Assembly: GCA_964016885.1 (NCBI GenBank)
Contig: OZ024742.1
Coordinates: 142,538,001-142,602,000 of the forward strand
Direction: 5' to 3'
DNA length: 64,000 nt
Origin: Eledone cirrhosa
Taxonomy: Eukaryota
Below the pieces are notes generated by a model. It was not told the DNA's origin. It made no database searches and saw only the letters and a program-made list of their open reading frames with translations. A program made the translations under genes and the position numbers. Below, piece after piece: positions 24,968 through 39,640 of the stretch (the first letter of the stretch is position 1; every line of letters begins with the position of its first letter).

Positions 24968-25073
24968 CCGAATTAGTATGGTATAGACAAGTACATATGT
25001 TGTTGAGGTGTATAATATTGTCAATACTCTGATATGCCCAGTTCCTGTATACAACCAACATATACTCAAAATC

Positions 25074-25108
<35 letters not shown>

Positions 25109-26266
25109 CATCATCATCATCATCATCGTTTAATATCTATCTTCCATGCTAACATGGGTTTAGACGGATGAATGTATATCTGTATGTTTATATACATGTA
25201 TGTGTGTGTGTGTGTGTGTGTGTATAACCCTTGCTAGCAGGAAAGTGGATGTTAAAACGACAATGAAAATGATATCGTCATCATCATCATTATTTTCCAC
25301 ACTAGCATGGGTTAGACAGGTTGTCCCATTAGAGTCAAGTTGGGTCAGGTGATCGTGTCTTGTTCATATAGAACTATATATATATATATATAAAATTATG
25401 AAGACATATATACAGTATGTTTATGTATAATAAACATACAATAATCTTCCCATGAATATTTTAAACTGTGGTTATGTCACAGCTCCTTCCTTAGGCGTGA
25501 TACCCTGGTCCCAATTTGGCAGAAGAAAATGGCAGACCAGGGACCAAAGACACTAGTAGTATTTAGTCATCTTCCACCCCAGTAAGTTTGTGGTTACAAA
25601 CCCAGGTTTGTAGCCACAACAATGAGTTTAGCACCAGAGAAAGTGTTGCAACACACATCTCAGATGAGTGACCCAAACCAATCAAATGGAAAAAGGGGTT
25701 ATTCTATCTGAGCATTTGCTGTTATCTATGTAACTATGTTTTGAAATATGAAACCTGAGAAAACATTAAAAACCTTATGACAAGGCTGGTGGGTGGATTT
25801 CAACCAAGCGACATTTTTATTTTATTTTATTATTCTTGTCTTTTTTGTTGTTGTTTCCACTGAACATTTTTCATTATAAAATAAATTAAAGCAACCCCAT
25901 CCACCTAGAAAATACATGGAAAATTAAAAAAATATTAATTTTGCGACAAAACTATATATAATATTGGTGTAATTCTTACCTTTATGTTTTCTATATCGTT
26001 TTCCGTCATTCTCTCTCAAATATCAAAGTAAAGTGATTTTTGTTGTCACTCAGTTAATGAGTTATTTAGTCTTGTTTGTATGAACTGTTATAAAGCCAAA
26101 TTATCATTAAATGGAAATGAAACATTGACCTCTCTTGACTCAGATAAAATATTCTAATATTTACATTTTGAATATGTGTGCGTATATATATATATGTGTG
26201 TGTGTGTGTGTATATATATACCTATCTACATTATATATTCACATATATCTTTATATATATATACAA

Positions 26267-26328
<62 letters not shown>

Positions 26329-26331
26329 ATT

Positions 26332-26363
<32 letters not shown>

Positions 26364-26370
26364 AATATAT

Positions 26371-26435
<65 letters not shown>

Positions 26436-26548
26436 AATATATATATAAATATATATATATATGCAAAGTTTTATTTAAAATGTTGGGTTACAACGAGTAA
26501 ATATTTATAACTGATATAAAAGCACTCAACAAGTATTTGGAGTATATT

Positions 26549-27052
<504 letters not shown>

Positions 27053-27068
27053 AATATATATATATATT

Positions 27069-27099
<31 letters not shown>

Positions 27100-27631
27100 T
27101 TATATTGTTATATTTGGGGAGGGTCATATTTGCGTAATATTGCCAGAATTAATAACAGAACACACTCACTGTTTGGTTGGTTTTCGCTTCTCGCTGTCTT
27201 TTATATATATATATCTGCGATCTAACTTACTCGGTCCTCAATGTTGCCATTGACTGACCGGCGGTCAAAAATAATACAGATACAATATAGACAAACACAT
27301 ATATATATAGTTTACATAATTTACATAAATCTTTCGTTGCACATCTGCAACATCGTCAGTGGTGTTATATTCATTGTTCCTCCTGTTGTGTTGTATGTCT
27401 ACGCCATTTTTTTTGTTCAGTCTGTCTATATATTTATTTATTTATTTGCTTGTTTGTTTATCTTATTTTATTTTGTCTTCTTTGCGCATGCGTTTGCGTG
27501 TGTGTATAGTGTTATGTGTGATGTGTGACTAGTGTGTATAGTGTTGTGTCTGCTGGGTGACTAGTGTGTGTTTATGTGCTTGTGTATGTATTTATTTATC
27601 TTATTTTATTTAATTTAATTTACTTATTTAT

Positions 27632-28262
27632 TTATACTTCTCTTAGGTCAGTGTTGTTTGTTTGGGTGTTGTTGTTGTTCCACTCATTCTTTCTGTTTAG
27701 CTTTGGTCTTCTAATTTCTATTTCACTGGCCTCTCTGATTTGCCTATCTGCTGGGTCATTCCTATGTTTAGATATTATTCTAATTTCTATGTTGTCTATG
27801 TTACCGTCATGTTGTTGTCTAGCATGTTCGTATAGTACTGACCCGTTTTTTCGTCCTTTTAGTTCCCCCCAGTGTTGGTCTATCCTTTCACCTATGCTAC
27901 GAGCTGTCTCACCTATGTATGTTGTTGTCGTGTTTCTGCAAGTACCCTCTGTACATCTTATGCTATAGACTACGTTTCTAGTTTTACAGTTTATCCGGGG
28001 GTTCACCTTACATATGATACATTTCCTATTGGTACAGTGGGTTTTCTTAAAAGGGTAGGTTTTGCTGATCAGGGATTTTATGGTGGTTCCTGGCTTTTCT
28101 ACCACCTTTATTTTTAAGTGGGTCTTTCTCAGGGCCTTTCTACACTGGTTAGCTAATTTCCCTCCAGGGGTGGCGTCCACAAACATGACACTCTGATATC
28201 TCTGGTTGTCGTACCATGATGTGGCCTTCCCTATCTTATGTCTAGCCCTATCTAAGCTATTC
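27632..28262 (-). pseudogene. Inverted duplicate of the GIY-YIG-coding 3' end of the PLE ORF
   Basis: The 184-aa ORF 27632-28186 is identical to the C-terminus of 28297-31386. Confidence 0.9.
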
Positions 28263-28296
28263 TCAAAAATACCCAGATAACATCAACAACATCCGT

Positions 28297-31200
28297 ATGA
28301 GTGATGTAAAACTACCGGAAGAATTTACCAATGACCACACAGTAAATATCTATGGGAACACTTTAATCAGTGAACAAGAACAACAAATCCTAAAGTTACC
28401 ACCAAAATTTGCCATCTACAAAAAGATTAACCCTATGGAATGCAAAACGGAGCTGGAAAAGTGTTTCACAAAAATACGTTGGAATGCAAAGGTAAACAAC
28501 AACAACAATAATAACGGTAGTAGTAATATAAACAATAACTCTGGGTATAGAAATAACAGCCATAACCATAACAATGGCAGGAAAGTGAGAAATAGTGATA
28601 ATGGTAATAATACTAGCGATAGACAGAACAACAACAACCACAATAATAATAATAATAGAAACGTTAACCACAGACACAGCAACAGTGACCACAGTAGTAA
28701 TAACGGTAACAATACGAACAACAACAACAACAATAACCACAGTGGTAATAATGGAAATAGTACATGTAGCAACATCAACAAAAACAAGAAACATAATAAT
28801 AGTAACAACCACAATGGTAGAAATAGCAGTAACAACAACAACAATAACGGTGAAGTAAACAACAATACATCTAGCAATCATAACAATAATAATATTAATG
28901 CTAATGATAGAAACAACAACAACCACCATGATAACAATAATAGCAACACACACAACTATGACGATAGAAATAACGACAACCCCTTAGAGAAACTATTTTT
29001 CAACCCAGCTGACAAAACATATAAGATGGGTAATATCTATCCTACGAGGTTACCCTTTAATAAAAGAGTTTGCATACCACAGCAAATAGATGACGAGACG
29101 GAGGCACAGTTCACCATAGCTAGAAATAAGATTAGACAAGTAGTAGACAGGTACACTATGAGACAGAGCAGACCAGAGGCCCAACAACTTGGGATAAAAC
29201 CTGTAGAAGGCTTGGTTAGCCTCAAGCAGCGCACAAGGGATGGTGAGGTAGTGTGTCTACCCACAGATAAGTCTGGTAGGATGTCAATAGATAGCATGCC
29301 GAACTACATCGAGGCAATGCAACCCCACATCACCAACACGAGCGAAGTTGCACAACTAACACACGATGGGAGAGAAAAAATCCTCAACGCTCACATGATG
29401 ATGTGGACTGACATCCTAAAGCCAAGCAGACGCACTGCCAACAACTTCCAGGCGTCTAACAATGGCATACCACCCTTGTATGGGCTCCGCAAAGACCACA
29501 AGACAGTCGACGACCCGACAACAGGACCACCAACAAGACCCGTATGCGGAGCTAATATAGCTAGCAACTACAGGATCTCCTACTTCCTCTCAATGGTTAT
29601 ACGCCCCATAATCAAGATGTCCCCAGATGTATGTGAAAGTACAGAGGACCTCCTCAGCAGAATCAGTGAGTGCAACAAAAACAGGAGCCTATCCAACTGC
29701 ATAATAGGCAGCATGGATGTGGTGTCACTGTACCCATCCATTAACATTGATTTTGCTGTGAAAAGATGTGTGGAGATGATCATTGAGAGTGAGGTGGAGT
29801 TCTGCGACGTCGACACAGACGAACTGGGCCTCCTACTTAGACTTACCTACGACACTGACTACCTAGACAGCCATGACCTTAGATGTTTCTGCCCTAGTAG
29901 ACCTATAAGAGGTAGACCCCCCACCATAACCTCAATGGCTAAAAAGACTCCCATAGGAAGGTGGATTGGGTGGACCAAAGCTATACGGACCCCCCAAAAC
30001 ACTGATCAGGTAAGAAAAATGGTCGCACATGCAATAGGGGCTAGTATCAAAACTACCCTAAAGGGCCACATATTTAAGTTCAATGAGAAAATCTACACCC
30101 AAAATGAGGGAGCAGCCATCGGCGTCAGCATAGCTGGTGATGTTGCCAACCTTTTCATGGTATGGTGGGAAAGGAGACTTAAAGATCTCCTTAATGAAAG
30201 CTCCATAGACCTCATCATGTACTCTCGTTATGTAGACGATATCAATATAGCTATAAGAACACCCCCACTAGAGAGCACTAACAAGTTTGATTTAGAACGT
30301 AGCACGATGGAAAGCATCCAGCAGATAGCTAATTCCATACACCAGAGTATAACTGTAACTATAGACTTCCCTTCCAAACACCCTAACAATAGACTACCTG
30401 TATTAGACACAGAACTCTGGATTAACACTATAGACGAGAGAGCCCAAATTCTCCACTCACACTATGCTAAACCCATGGCCTCCAAATACCTGATACTCAA
30501 AAACTCAGCAATGTCCAGTAGTGCTAAGTTTAATATTCTGATCGCAGATTTGGTACGAGTGATGAAGAATGTGTCCAGCATGTGCGACCCAACAGAAATG
30601 GAAGGACACATCCAACACTTCATCAACCGCATGCAGTTCTCTGGCTACAACCAAAGAGACAGAGTCAGAGTATACGAAGGAGCCATGGAAAAGTATAAGA
30701 CCCTCATAGAACTGGACATGAAAGGAATTTGCCCACTATACAGGAGCAAATCATGGAATAGCTTAGATAGGGCTAGACATAAGATAGGGAAGGCCACATC
30801 ATGGTACGACAACCAGAGATATCAGAGTGTCATGTTTGTGGACGCCACCCCTGGAGGGAAATTAGCTAACCAGTGTAGAAAGGCCCTGAGAAAGACCCAC
30901 TTAAAAATAAAGGTGGTAGAAAAGCCAGGAACCACCATAAAATCCCTGATCAGCAAAACCTACCCTTTTAAGAAAACCCACTGTACCAATAGGAAATGTA
31001 TCATATGTAAGGTGAACCCCCGGATAAACTGTAAAACTAGAAACGTAGTCTATAGCATAAGATGTACAGAGGGTACTTGCAGAAACACGACAACAACATA
31101 CATAGGTGAGACAGCTCGTAGCATAGGTGAAAGGATAGACCAACACTGGGGGGAACTAAAAGGACGAAAAAACGGGTCAGTACTATACGAACATGCTAGA

Positions 31201-31386
31201 CAACAACATGACGGTAACATAGACAACATAGAAATTAGAATAATATCTAAACATAGGAATGACCCAGCAGATAGGCAAATCAGAGAGGCCAGTGAAATAG
31301 AAATTAGAAGACCAAAGCTAAACAGAAAGAATGAGTGGAACAACAACAACACCCAAACAAACAACACTGACCTAAGAGAAGTATAA
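28297..31386 (+). CDS. PLE polyprotein: Asn-rich insert, reverse transcriptase, Cys-rich linker, GIY-YIG endonuclease
   Basis: PTDKSG, LYGLRKDHK, TRPVC, SMDVVSLYPSI, QNEGAAIG..ANLFM, RYVDD, LPVLD; CTNRKCIIC..C; VVYSIRC..C..YIGETARSIGERIDQH. The frame stays open upstream to the inversion junction (~28261), so the true N-terminus is probably missing. Confidence 0.95.
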   Translation: MSDVKLPEEFTNDHTVNIYGNTLISEQEQQILKLPPKFAIYKKINPMECKTELEKCFTKIRWNAKVNNNNNNNGSSNINNNSGYRNNSHNHNNGRKVRNSDNGNNTSDRQNNNNHNNNNNRNVNHRHSNSDHSSNNGNNTNNNNNNNHSGNNGNSTCSNINKNKKHNNSNNHNGRNSSNNNNNNGEVNNNTSSNHNNNNINANDRNNNNHHDNNNSNTHNYDDRNNDNPLEKLFFNPADKTYKMGNIYPTRLPFNKRVCIPQQIDDETEAQFTIARNKIRQVVDRYTMRQSRPEAQQLGIKPVEGLVSLKQRTRDGEVVCLPTDKSGRMSIDSMPNYIEAMQPHITNTSEVAQLTHDGREKILNAHMMMWTDILKPSRRTANNFQASNNGIPPLYGLRKDHKTVDDPTTGPPTRPVCGANIASNYRISYFLSMVIRPIIKMSPDVCESTEDLLSRISECNKNRSLSNCIIGSMDVVSLYPSINIDFAVKRCVEMIIESEVEFCDVDTDELGLLLRLTYDTDYLDSHDLRCFCPSRPIRGRPPTITSMAKKTPIGRWIGWTKAIRTPQNTDQVRKMVAHAIGASIKTTLKGHIFKFNEKIYTQNEGAAIGVSIAGDVANLFMVWWERRLKDLLNESSIDLIMYSRYVDDINIAIRTPPLESTNKFDLERSTMESIQQIANSIHQSITVTIDFPSKHPNNRLPVLDTELWINTIDERAQILHSHYAKPMASKYLILKNSAMSSSAKFNILIADLVRVMKNVSSMCDPTEMEGHIQHFINRMQFSGYNQRDRVRVYEGAMEKYKTLIELDMKGICPLYRSKSWNSLDRARHKIGKATSWYDNQRYQSVMFVDATPGGKLANQCRKALRKTHLKIKVVEKPGTTIKSLISKTYPFKKTHCTNRKCIICKVNPRINCKTRNVVYSIRCTEGTCRNTTTTYIGETARSIGERIDQHWGELKGRKNGSVLYEHARQQHDGNIDNIEIRIISKHRNDPADRQIREASEIEIRRPKLNRKNEWNNNNTQTNNTDLREV

Positions 31387-31655
31387 ATAAATAAGTAAAT
31401 TAAATTAAATAAAATAAGATAAATAAATACATACACAAGCACATAAACACACACTAGTCACCCAGCAGACACAACACTATACACACTAGTCACACATCAC
31501 ACATAACACTATACACACACGCAAACGCATGCGCAAAGAAGACAAAATAAAATAAGATAAACAAACAAGCAAATAAATAAATAAATATATAGACAGACTG
31601 AACAAAAAAAAATGGCGTAGACATACAACACAACAGGAGGAACAATGAATATAAC

Positions 31656-31697
31656 ACCACTGACGATGTTGCAGATGTGCAACGAAAGATTTATGTA
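31656..31697 (+). ncRNA. Hammerhead-like motif in the PLE 3' UTR/pLTR (mirror copy ~27323-27363, minus)
   Basis: CUGACGA u GUUGCA gaug UGCAAC GAAA gauuua ug. Core and stem II are clear; stems I and III are weak. Confidence 0.55.
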
Positions 31698-31967
31698 AAT
31701 TATGTAAACTATATATATATGTGTTTGTCTATATTGTATCTGTATTATTTTTGACCGCCGGTCAGTCAATGGCAACATTGAGGACCGAGTAAGTTAGATC
31801 GCAGATATATATATATAAAAGACAGCGAGAAGCGAAAACCAACCAAACAGTGAGTGTGTTCTGTTATTAATTCTGGCAATATTACGCAAATATGACCCTC
31901 CCCAAATATAACAATATCTGTTTCGACACACGATTTCATATAAAAAAACCTCGCAAAACTATATATT

Positions 31968-32013
<46 letters not shown>

Positions 32014-32021
32014 TATATATA

Positions 32022-32086
<65 letters not shown>

Positions 32087-32113
32087 TTACTACTACTACT
32101 ACACACACACACA

Positions 32114-32168
<55 letters not shown>

Positions 32169-32209
32169 ACACACACACACATATTTGTTGTGAAAGAGCC
32201 ATTTCTCAA

Positions 32210-32445
32210 TCTTGGCGCAAAACCAATTTTTTATCCACATGACCTCTACCGACCAATCAAAATTGTTTTGACCAATAATTTTTGCTGGAGCCACTTTTTT
32301 AACATTTTAACATAAAAACAGTCTTGGCGCAAAATCAACTTTTTACATTCACATGACCTCTACCGACCAATCAAAATTGTTTTGACCACAAGCATTTTTG
32401 CAACACAAAAATAACGCTGGAGCCACTTTTTTAACATAAAAACAG
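32210..32445. repeat. Imperfect ~110-130-bp direct duplication containing gaccaatcaaaatt
   Basis: tcttggcgcaaaa...cacatgacctctaccgaccaatcaaaattgttttgacca...gctggagccacttttttaacat occurs twice. Confidence 0.8.
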
Positions 32446-32666
32446 GTAGAATTCCCAAAACTAATCAGATCAGAGCAAACAGCACGGACACTCTATCTCA
32501 AAATTATTTTTGAAAAGCATTTAGAAATGCGCAACCGGTAAAAACTTAAAAACTTAAAACCACAACTGAATACTAACCCATACAATCACTAATACTCTTT
32601 TATTCCTAATTAAACCATTTTTCAACTGTGAACAATTTGTCAGCATTTTCTATTCCGTTTACCAAT

Positions 32667-33599
<933 letters not shown>

Positions 33600-33600
<1 letters not shown>

Positions 33601-33988
33601 TTATTCAGGTTTGAGGTTCACCACTGTATAGAGCTGGTCTATTCCGTATGGTCAATCGTAATGCAATAATATAGAGAGTACTCAACGTAAAGCAGTTCAA
33701 CCGTCTTTGTTTTTGTAGTTGGTGGTGCTATTACGGAGTTAAATATTATAATGAAATGACAGGAGGCTGGATTTGTGTAAATCCTTGAAAGGTTTATTAT
33801 ACTATGATCATTTCAATGACCGGGTTCCGTATGGATCCGGTGATATCATCAGGTATTCGAAATATAATACGTGAATGTAATAGGTAAAATCCATGGGGCT
33901 GAAAATCGGAACCCGGTCATTGAAATGATCATAGTATAATAAACATTTCAAGGATTTACACAAATCCAGCCTCCTGTCATTTCATTAT
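33600..33988. mobile_element. Family B element with partial inverted arm and hammerhead at 33799-33856(-)
   Basis: Arms 33748-33828 / 33907-33987. Motif AUAC CUGAUGA..GAAAUGAUCAUA GUAU. (TA)n on both sides. Confidence 0.8.
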
Positions 33989-34043
33989 ATTAATATATAT
34001 ATATATATATATATATTAATATATATATATATATATATATATA

Positions 34044-34575
<532 letters not shown>

Positions 34576-35106
34576 AATATCCACATATACACACACACAT
34601 AAATATACATATATATATATATATACACATACACTCACACACATATATATATATACACACACATATATATATATATATATACACACATATCACATAAGAA
34701 ACGGAGTCAGTGGTGCGATGATTGAACCTGACTCTGAAATCGCAAGATCCTCAGATACGTCTCAATCTTTCGAAGCAGAGTTTCCAAATGTCCAGTTGAT
34801 CCCGCCGGCCTTCGCTCGCCAACTTCTATCCTGTTCTTGTCGGTCGATGAGTGGTCAAGAATTGTACACGTCATCGATATTTCTGACCACTCATGGCTGT
34901 CCATTTTTCTAGTCCATTCATATGTCACCTGTCAGTCAAAGTTGTTCCTTTTAGCAGAATTACTGCTGTAGGAGGTAAGGGGTTGTATCAGTGAAACACT
35001 CGCGCACTGCCACGGTGGCAGATAATATACTCTGCTCTGTAAGAGCAATGAGTGCTCAAACGGCCTACCGCATATGGACGCTTTAAGCATCCTACACCAA
35101 ATACAT

Positions 35107-35176
<70 letters not shown>

Positions 35177-35391
35177 ACATACATACATACACATATATAT
35201 ATATATATTTATATATACACAGTATATACACATACAAATATATATATACATACATGTATATACATATATACATACATATATATATACAACCATACATACA
35301 TATATACATACATATATATACATATATATATATTCATACAATATACACATACATACATATATATATATATACATACATATACACATACAAA

Positions 35392-35520
35392 TATGTATAA
35401 ATATTTCGTATCTCCAAAGAAATACGGTTTTAGGAAGCCGTAGCTATGCAACCCAGGTGTTTGCATAGCTACGGCTTCCTAAAACTGTATTTCTTTGGAG
35501 ATACGAAATTTCTATACATA
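35392..35520. repeat. Short fold-back (~55-65-bp arms)
   Basis: atttcgtatctccaaagaaatacggttttaggaagccgtagctatgcaa and its reverse complement, separated by a ~10-nt spacer. Confidence 0.85.
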
Positions 35521-35574
35521 TTGTATAAAGATATGCTTGAAGTGAAATCAAAATACTAGCTGTTTCAATTGCGC

Positions 35575-36343
35575 AGAGGGTTCTATAGAAATAGTGGACA
35601 GCTTCCATTACCTGGGTGACAAAATCAGCAGTGGGGGAGGGTGCTCTGAAAGTACAGTAGCTAGAGTCAGAACTGGATGGAAAAAGTTCAGAGAGCTTAT
35701 ACCACTATTAGCCACTAAAGGGTTCTCCCTAAAAATGAAAGGCAGGTTGTATGATGCCTGCATACGAACAGCAATGTTGCATGGCAGTGAGACCTGGGCA
35801 TTGTGTGCAGAGGATATACGCAGACTAGAGAGGAACGAAGCTTGCATGCTCCGCTGGATGTGTAATAGTAACATACGTGAACGGCAAAGCATAAGCGAAC
35901 TAAGGAAAAAATTAGAAATAAGAGGGATCAGATGTTGTTTACTCGAGAGAAGGCTACGTTGGTATGGTCACGTGATGCGCATGAAAGACGACAGCTTTAT
36001 AACAAAGTGCAGGGCAATAAAGATAGACAGTAGCTACGGAGTAGGCAGACCCAGAAAAACCTGGGACGAGCTGATAAATTCCGACCTCACACACTTACAC
36101 CTCTCCAAGACAATGTCACTGGACCGAGACCTTTGGCGGTACTCAATAGAGAAGACCCGCCTTACCTACTACAGTCAGTAGGCACCTCTAACAAAATACA
36201 CCCCCGTCCCACCACCCCCACCCCATCCACACCGCCCCTTTCAATGTAAAGTTATGTTGGTGCCACAACATCCAGGCCGAAACAAATGAGATCGTGTAGG
36301 TGTCACGACAAAAAAACACACAGTCCACGCTGTAATGTGGCCG
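35575..36343 (+). mobile_element. RTE LINE 3' fragment
   Basis: ORF 35594-36181: [30 protein letters not shown]; followed by the family 3' UTR. Confidence 0.9.
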
Positions 36344-36344
36344 G

Positions 36345-37010
36345 AAAGCTCTATGTGTGACAGTATAGAAGCTCTTGTGCTTAAGCAACGACTCCGTTGG
36401 AGTGGTCACCTTGCCAGGATGAAGGATTCTAGAATACCAAAACAACTCTTTTATGGAGAGTTGGTTAAAGGAAAACAACCGCCAAAAAAGAGGTATAAGG
36501 ATTCCTTGAAAGCCTCTTTGAAAGACGCTAACATCTCTGCTGATACATGGGGAAAATATTGCTGCTGATCGTAATAAATGGAGAAAGACAGTATATGAGG
36601 GAAAAGTTGCCTTTGAGGCATCTCGAATCGCATACGAGAAAGTAAAGTGGGATGTGAGGAAGGACATTGCTGTTGCACTTCCAGACGGCGAGGGTCCTCC
36701 TATGGTGCTGACATGCAGCGTCTGTGCGAGACTCTGCCTAAGCAATGCTGGACTCAAAAGTCATCTTCGCAGTCATAAAGTAAGACCAGTGGTTGACTAC
36801 CAGGCTGCTGTTGGAGATGCTACTCATCATGCTTGCCAAACATGTGGTAGAGAATGTAGATCAGCAGGAGGGCTCAAGCGACATGCAAAAGTACATGAAC
36901 TCCAACCACAGCCGGCTATTCCCAGTGAATGTTTTGGTTGCCGACTCTGTGCAAGACATTTTAGATCATTGGCTGGGCTAAAAAGCCACATTCGATCGCA
37001 GCGCTGTTAG
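36345..37010 (+). mobile_element. 3' end of a different RTE-type LINE with three C-terminal C2H2-type zinc fingers
   Basis: LRWSGHLARMKDSRIPKQLFYGEL..KRYKDSLKASLK, then CSVC..GLKSHLRSH, CQTC..GLKRHAKVH and CRLC..GLKSHIRSQ. Confidence 0.8.
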
Positions 37011-37179
37011 TTGCTATCGTGTGTGTGTGTTTGTGTGTGTATAGATATGTTTATGTGTGTGCGTGTGTGTGTATATATATATGTATATGTATATTATTAT
37101 TGTTGTTGTCATTATTATTATTATTATTATTGTTATTAATGTATATGTGTATGTATATATATATGTGTGTATGTATGCA

Positions 37180-37224
<45 letters not shown>

Positions 37225-37399
37225 TTCTTTTTTTTTTTTTTTTTCCTCGTGCAATGGCCATACTCGATAACGAGGGGGCAGCCATCATATATATGTATGT
37301 ATATATATATATGTATATATATGTATGTATATATATGTATATGGAGAAGTAAAATACAGGAAAACAGACCGTTAAAACATGTTTATTTAAAATAGCACC

Positions 37400-37437
37400 T
37401 ATGTACGTTTCGCCCGAATGGGCTTCTCAAGGGCATA
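37400..37437 (-). ncRNA. Variant-core hammerhead-like motif
   Basis: UAUG cc CUUGAGAA GCCC auuc GGGC GAAAC GUA CAUA; non-canonical core box. Confidence 0.45.
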
Positions 37438-37581
37438 ATAACTAAAAAGCGTCCCTTACATGACCTGGAATAGGTTTTTAGAGATAAGTTCACATCAGAG
37501 TTCATTCTTCGTAAAAAATGTATATATATATATATGTATATACATGTATGTCTACATATATATGTATATATATATGTATAT

Positions 37582-37619
<38 letters not shown>

Positions 37620-37902
37620 GTATGTATATGTATATATATATATATATGTATATGTATGTATATGTATATATATATATATGTATATATATGTATATGTATA
37701 TATATGTATGTATATAAATATATGTATGTATATATGTATGTATATATATATATATATATGTATGTATATGTATATATGTATGTATATATGTATGTATATG
37801 TATATATGTATGTATATGTATATATGTATGTATATATGTATGTATATATATATATGTATGTATATATGTATGTATATATATATATGTATGTATATATATA
37901 TG

Positions 37903-38163
37903 TCACGGCACAGGCATTGCTTTATATCTGGAGATCTCTCTGCACTTGTCGTCACATGGTACCATGGGCCCAGCACTATGTGTCAATAGTTGTCACAAGT
38001 GTAGTGTTTGTACCAGAGTTTTCGAGTCGCTGGCTGGACTAAAAAGTCACACTCGTTCAGCGCATCGGTAGGGGTTCTCCTACATGGATATAAAGTAGTG
38101 GCCGTACTCGAAAACGAGTTGGCAGCCACCATGTATGTATATATATGTGTATGTATATATATT

Positions 38164-38246
<83 letters not shown>

Positions 38247-38449
38247 GTATGTATATATATATATGTATATATATATGTATGTATATACATATATATATAT
38301 ATACATACATATATATATACATATATATATATACATACATATATATATATACATACATATATATATATACATACATATATATATATACATACATATATAT
38401 ATATATATACATACATAAATATATACATACATAAATATATACATATGTA

Positions 38450-38483
<34 letters not shown>

Positions 38484-38488
38484 CATAC

Positions 38489-38539
<51 letters not shown>

Positions 38540-38568
38540 CATATACATATATACATACATATATATAC

Positions 38569-38611
<43 letters not shown>

Positions 38612-39248
38612 CATACATACAAGTGGAAGCTTAGTAAAATCGAAGCTTTGGCTGTGGGCAAGCAAAGTCGACCTACAATAGGAATGAGTTAGCAAAGCAC
38701 TCAATAAGGGTAGGTCCTTAGAGTAATAACATACGTTTAAATAGCTTGACAAATTGAACATTGCAATAGGCAAAACCCAACCATACAATACCAAAGTAAC
38801 GAAAGAACTAACAGGGTAAAAAATATATACATACATATATATACATACATACATATCCATATATATATGTATATATGTATATATGTAAATATATGTATAT
38901 ATATGTATATATGTATATATGTAAATATATACATATATATACATATATACATATCTATATATATATATGTATATACATATATATATATATACATACATAT
39001 ATATATACATACATATATATGGTGGCTACCAACTCGTTTTCGAGTACGGCCACTACTTTATATCCATGTAGGAGAACTCCTACCAAAGCGCTGAACGAGT
39101 GTGACTTTTTAGTCCAGCCAGCGACTTGAAAACTCTGGTACAAACACTACACTTGTGACAATTACTGACACATAGTGCTGGGCCCATGGTACCATGTGAC
39201 GACAAGTGCAGAGAGATCTCCAGATATAAAGCAATGCCTGTGCCGTGA
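37903..39248. repeat. ~230-bp inverted repeat pair enclosing (TA/TG)n tracts and a ~200-bp unique segment
   Basis: 37903-38132 is the reverse complement of 39019-39248 with several substitutions. Confidence 0.9.
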
Positions 39249-39489
39249 AGCTTTTATAGTGAGCAAGGGCACTGCACAAAGCCAGTCCCACTCTTTTAAC
39301 CAAGATGATATTTACCAAAAAGAAGAACAAGTCAACATCATTGGATACCATCAGGGTTGCAGGTGTTATATCAGAGTTTTCCTTCTCCTAGAATTCTGCC
39401 TTGACAAAGGCTAAGGGGTCATCTCTCCCGGTGATTTTGGATGGCCATTGACTCTTAAGAGCTCCTTTGCCCTTTGACATATATATACA

Positions 39490-39521
<32 letters not shown>

Positions 39522-39640
39522 CATATATATATACATACATTTATATATACATATATACATATATATATATACATATATATATATACATACATGTATATGT
39601 ATATATATATATGTATATATATAAATATATATATATGTAT

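Larger units (their letters stand above)
27102..31960 (+). mobile_element. Penelope-like retroelement (PLE), 5'-truncated, with inverted pseudo-LTR, inserted in (TA)n
   Basis: 27102-28262 is a near-perfect reverse complement of 30756-31917; RT + GIY-YIG ORF; (TA)n on both sides. Confidence 0.95.

Noticed and set aside
28396-28953. Hydrophobic minus-strand ORFs (poly-L/V) resembling membrane proteins
   Set aside because: Antisense shadows of the AAC/AAT-rich tract in the PLE ORF; the same applies to 57728-58371.
28297-31960. Selenocysteine recoding as in some Naiad PLEs
   Set aside because: No in-frame TGA in the ORF, and I could not identify a SECIS element by eye.
34700-35100. GC-richer unique segment, possibly a LINE remnant (similarly 44270-44700, possibly an RTE 5' UTR)
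   Set aside because: No diagnostic motif clear enough to assign without a search.
36654-37010. Host C2H2 zinc-finger gene
   Set aside because: Directly continues an RTE C-terminal region, so it is best explained as a retroelement part.
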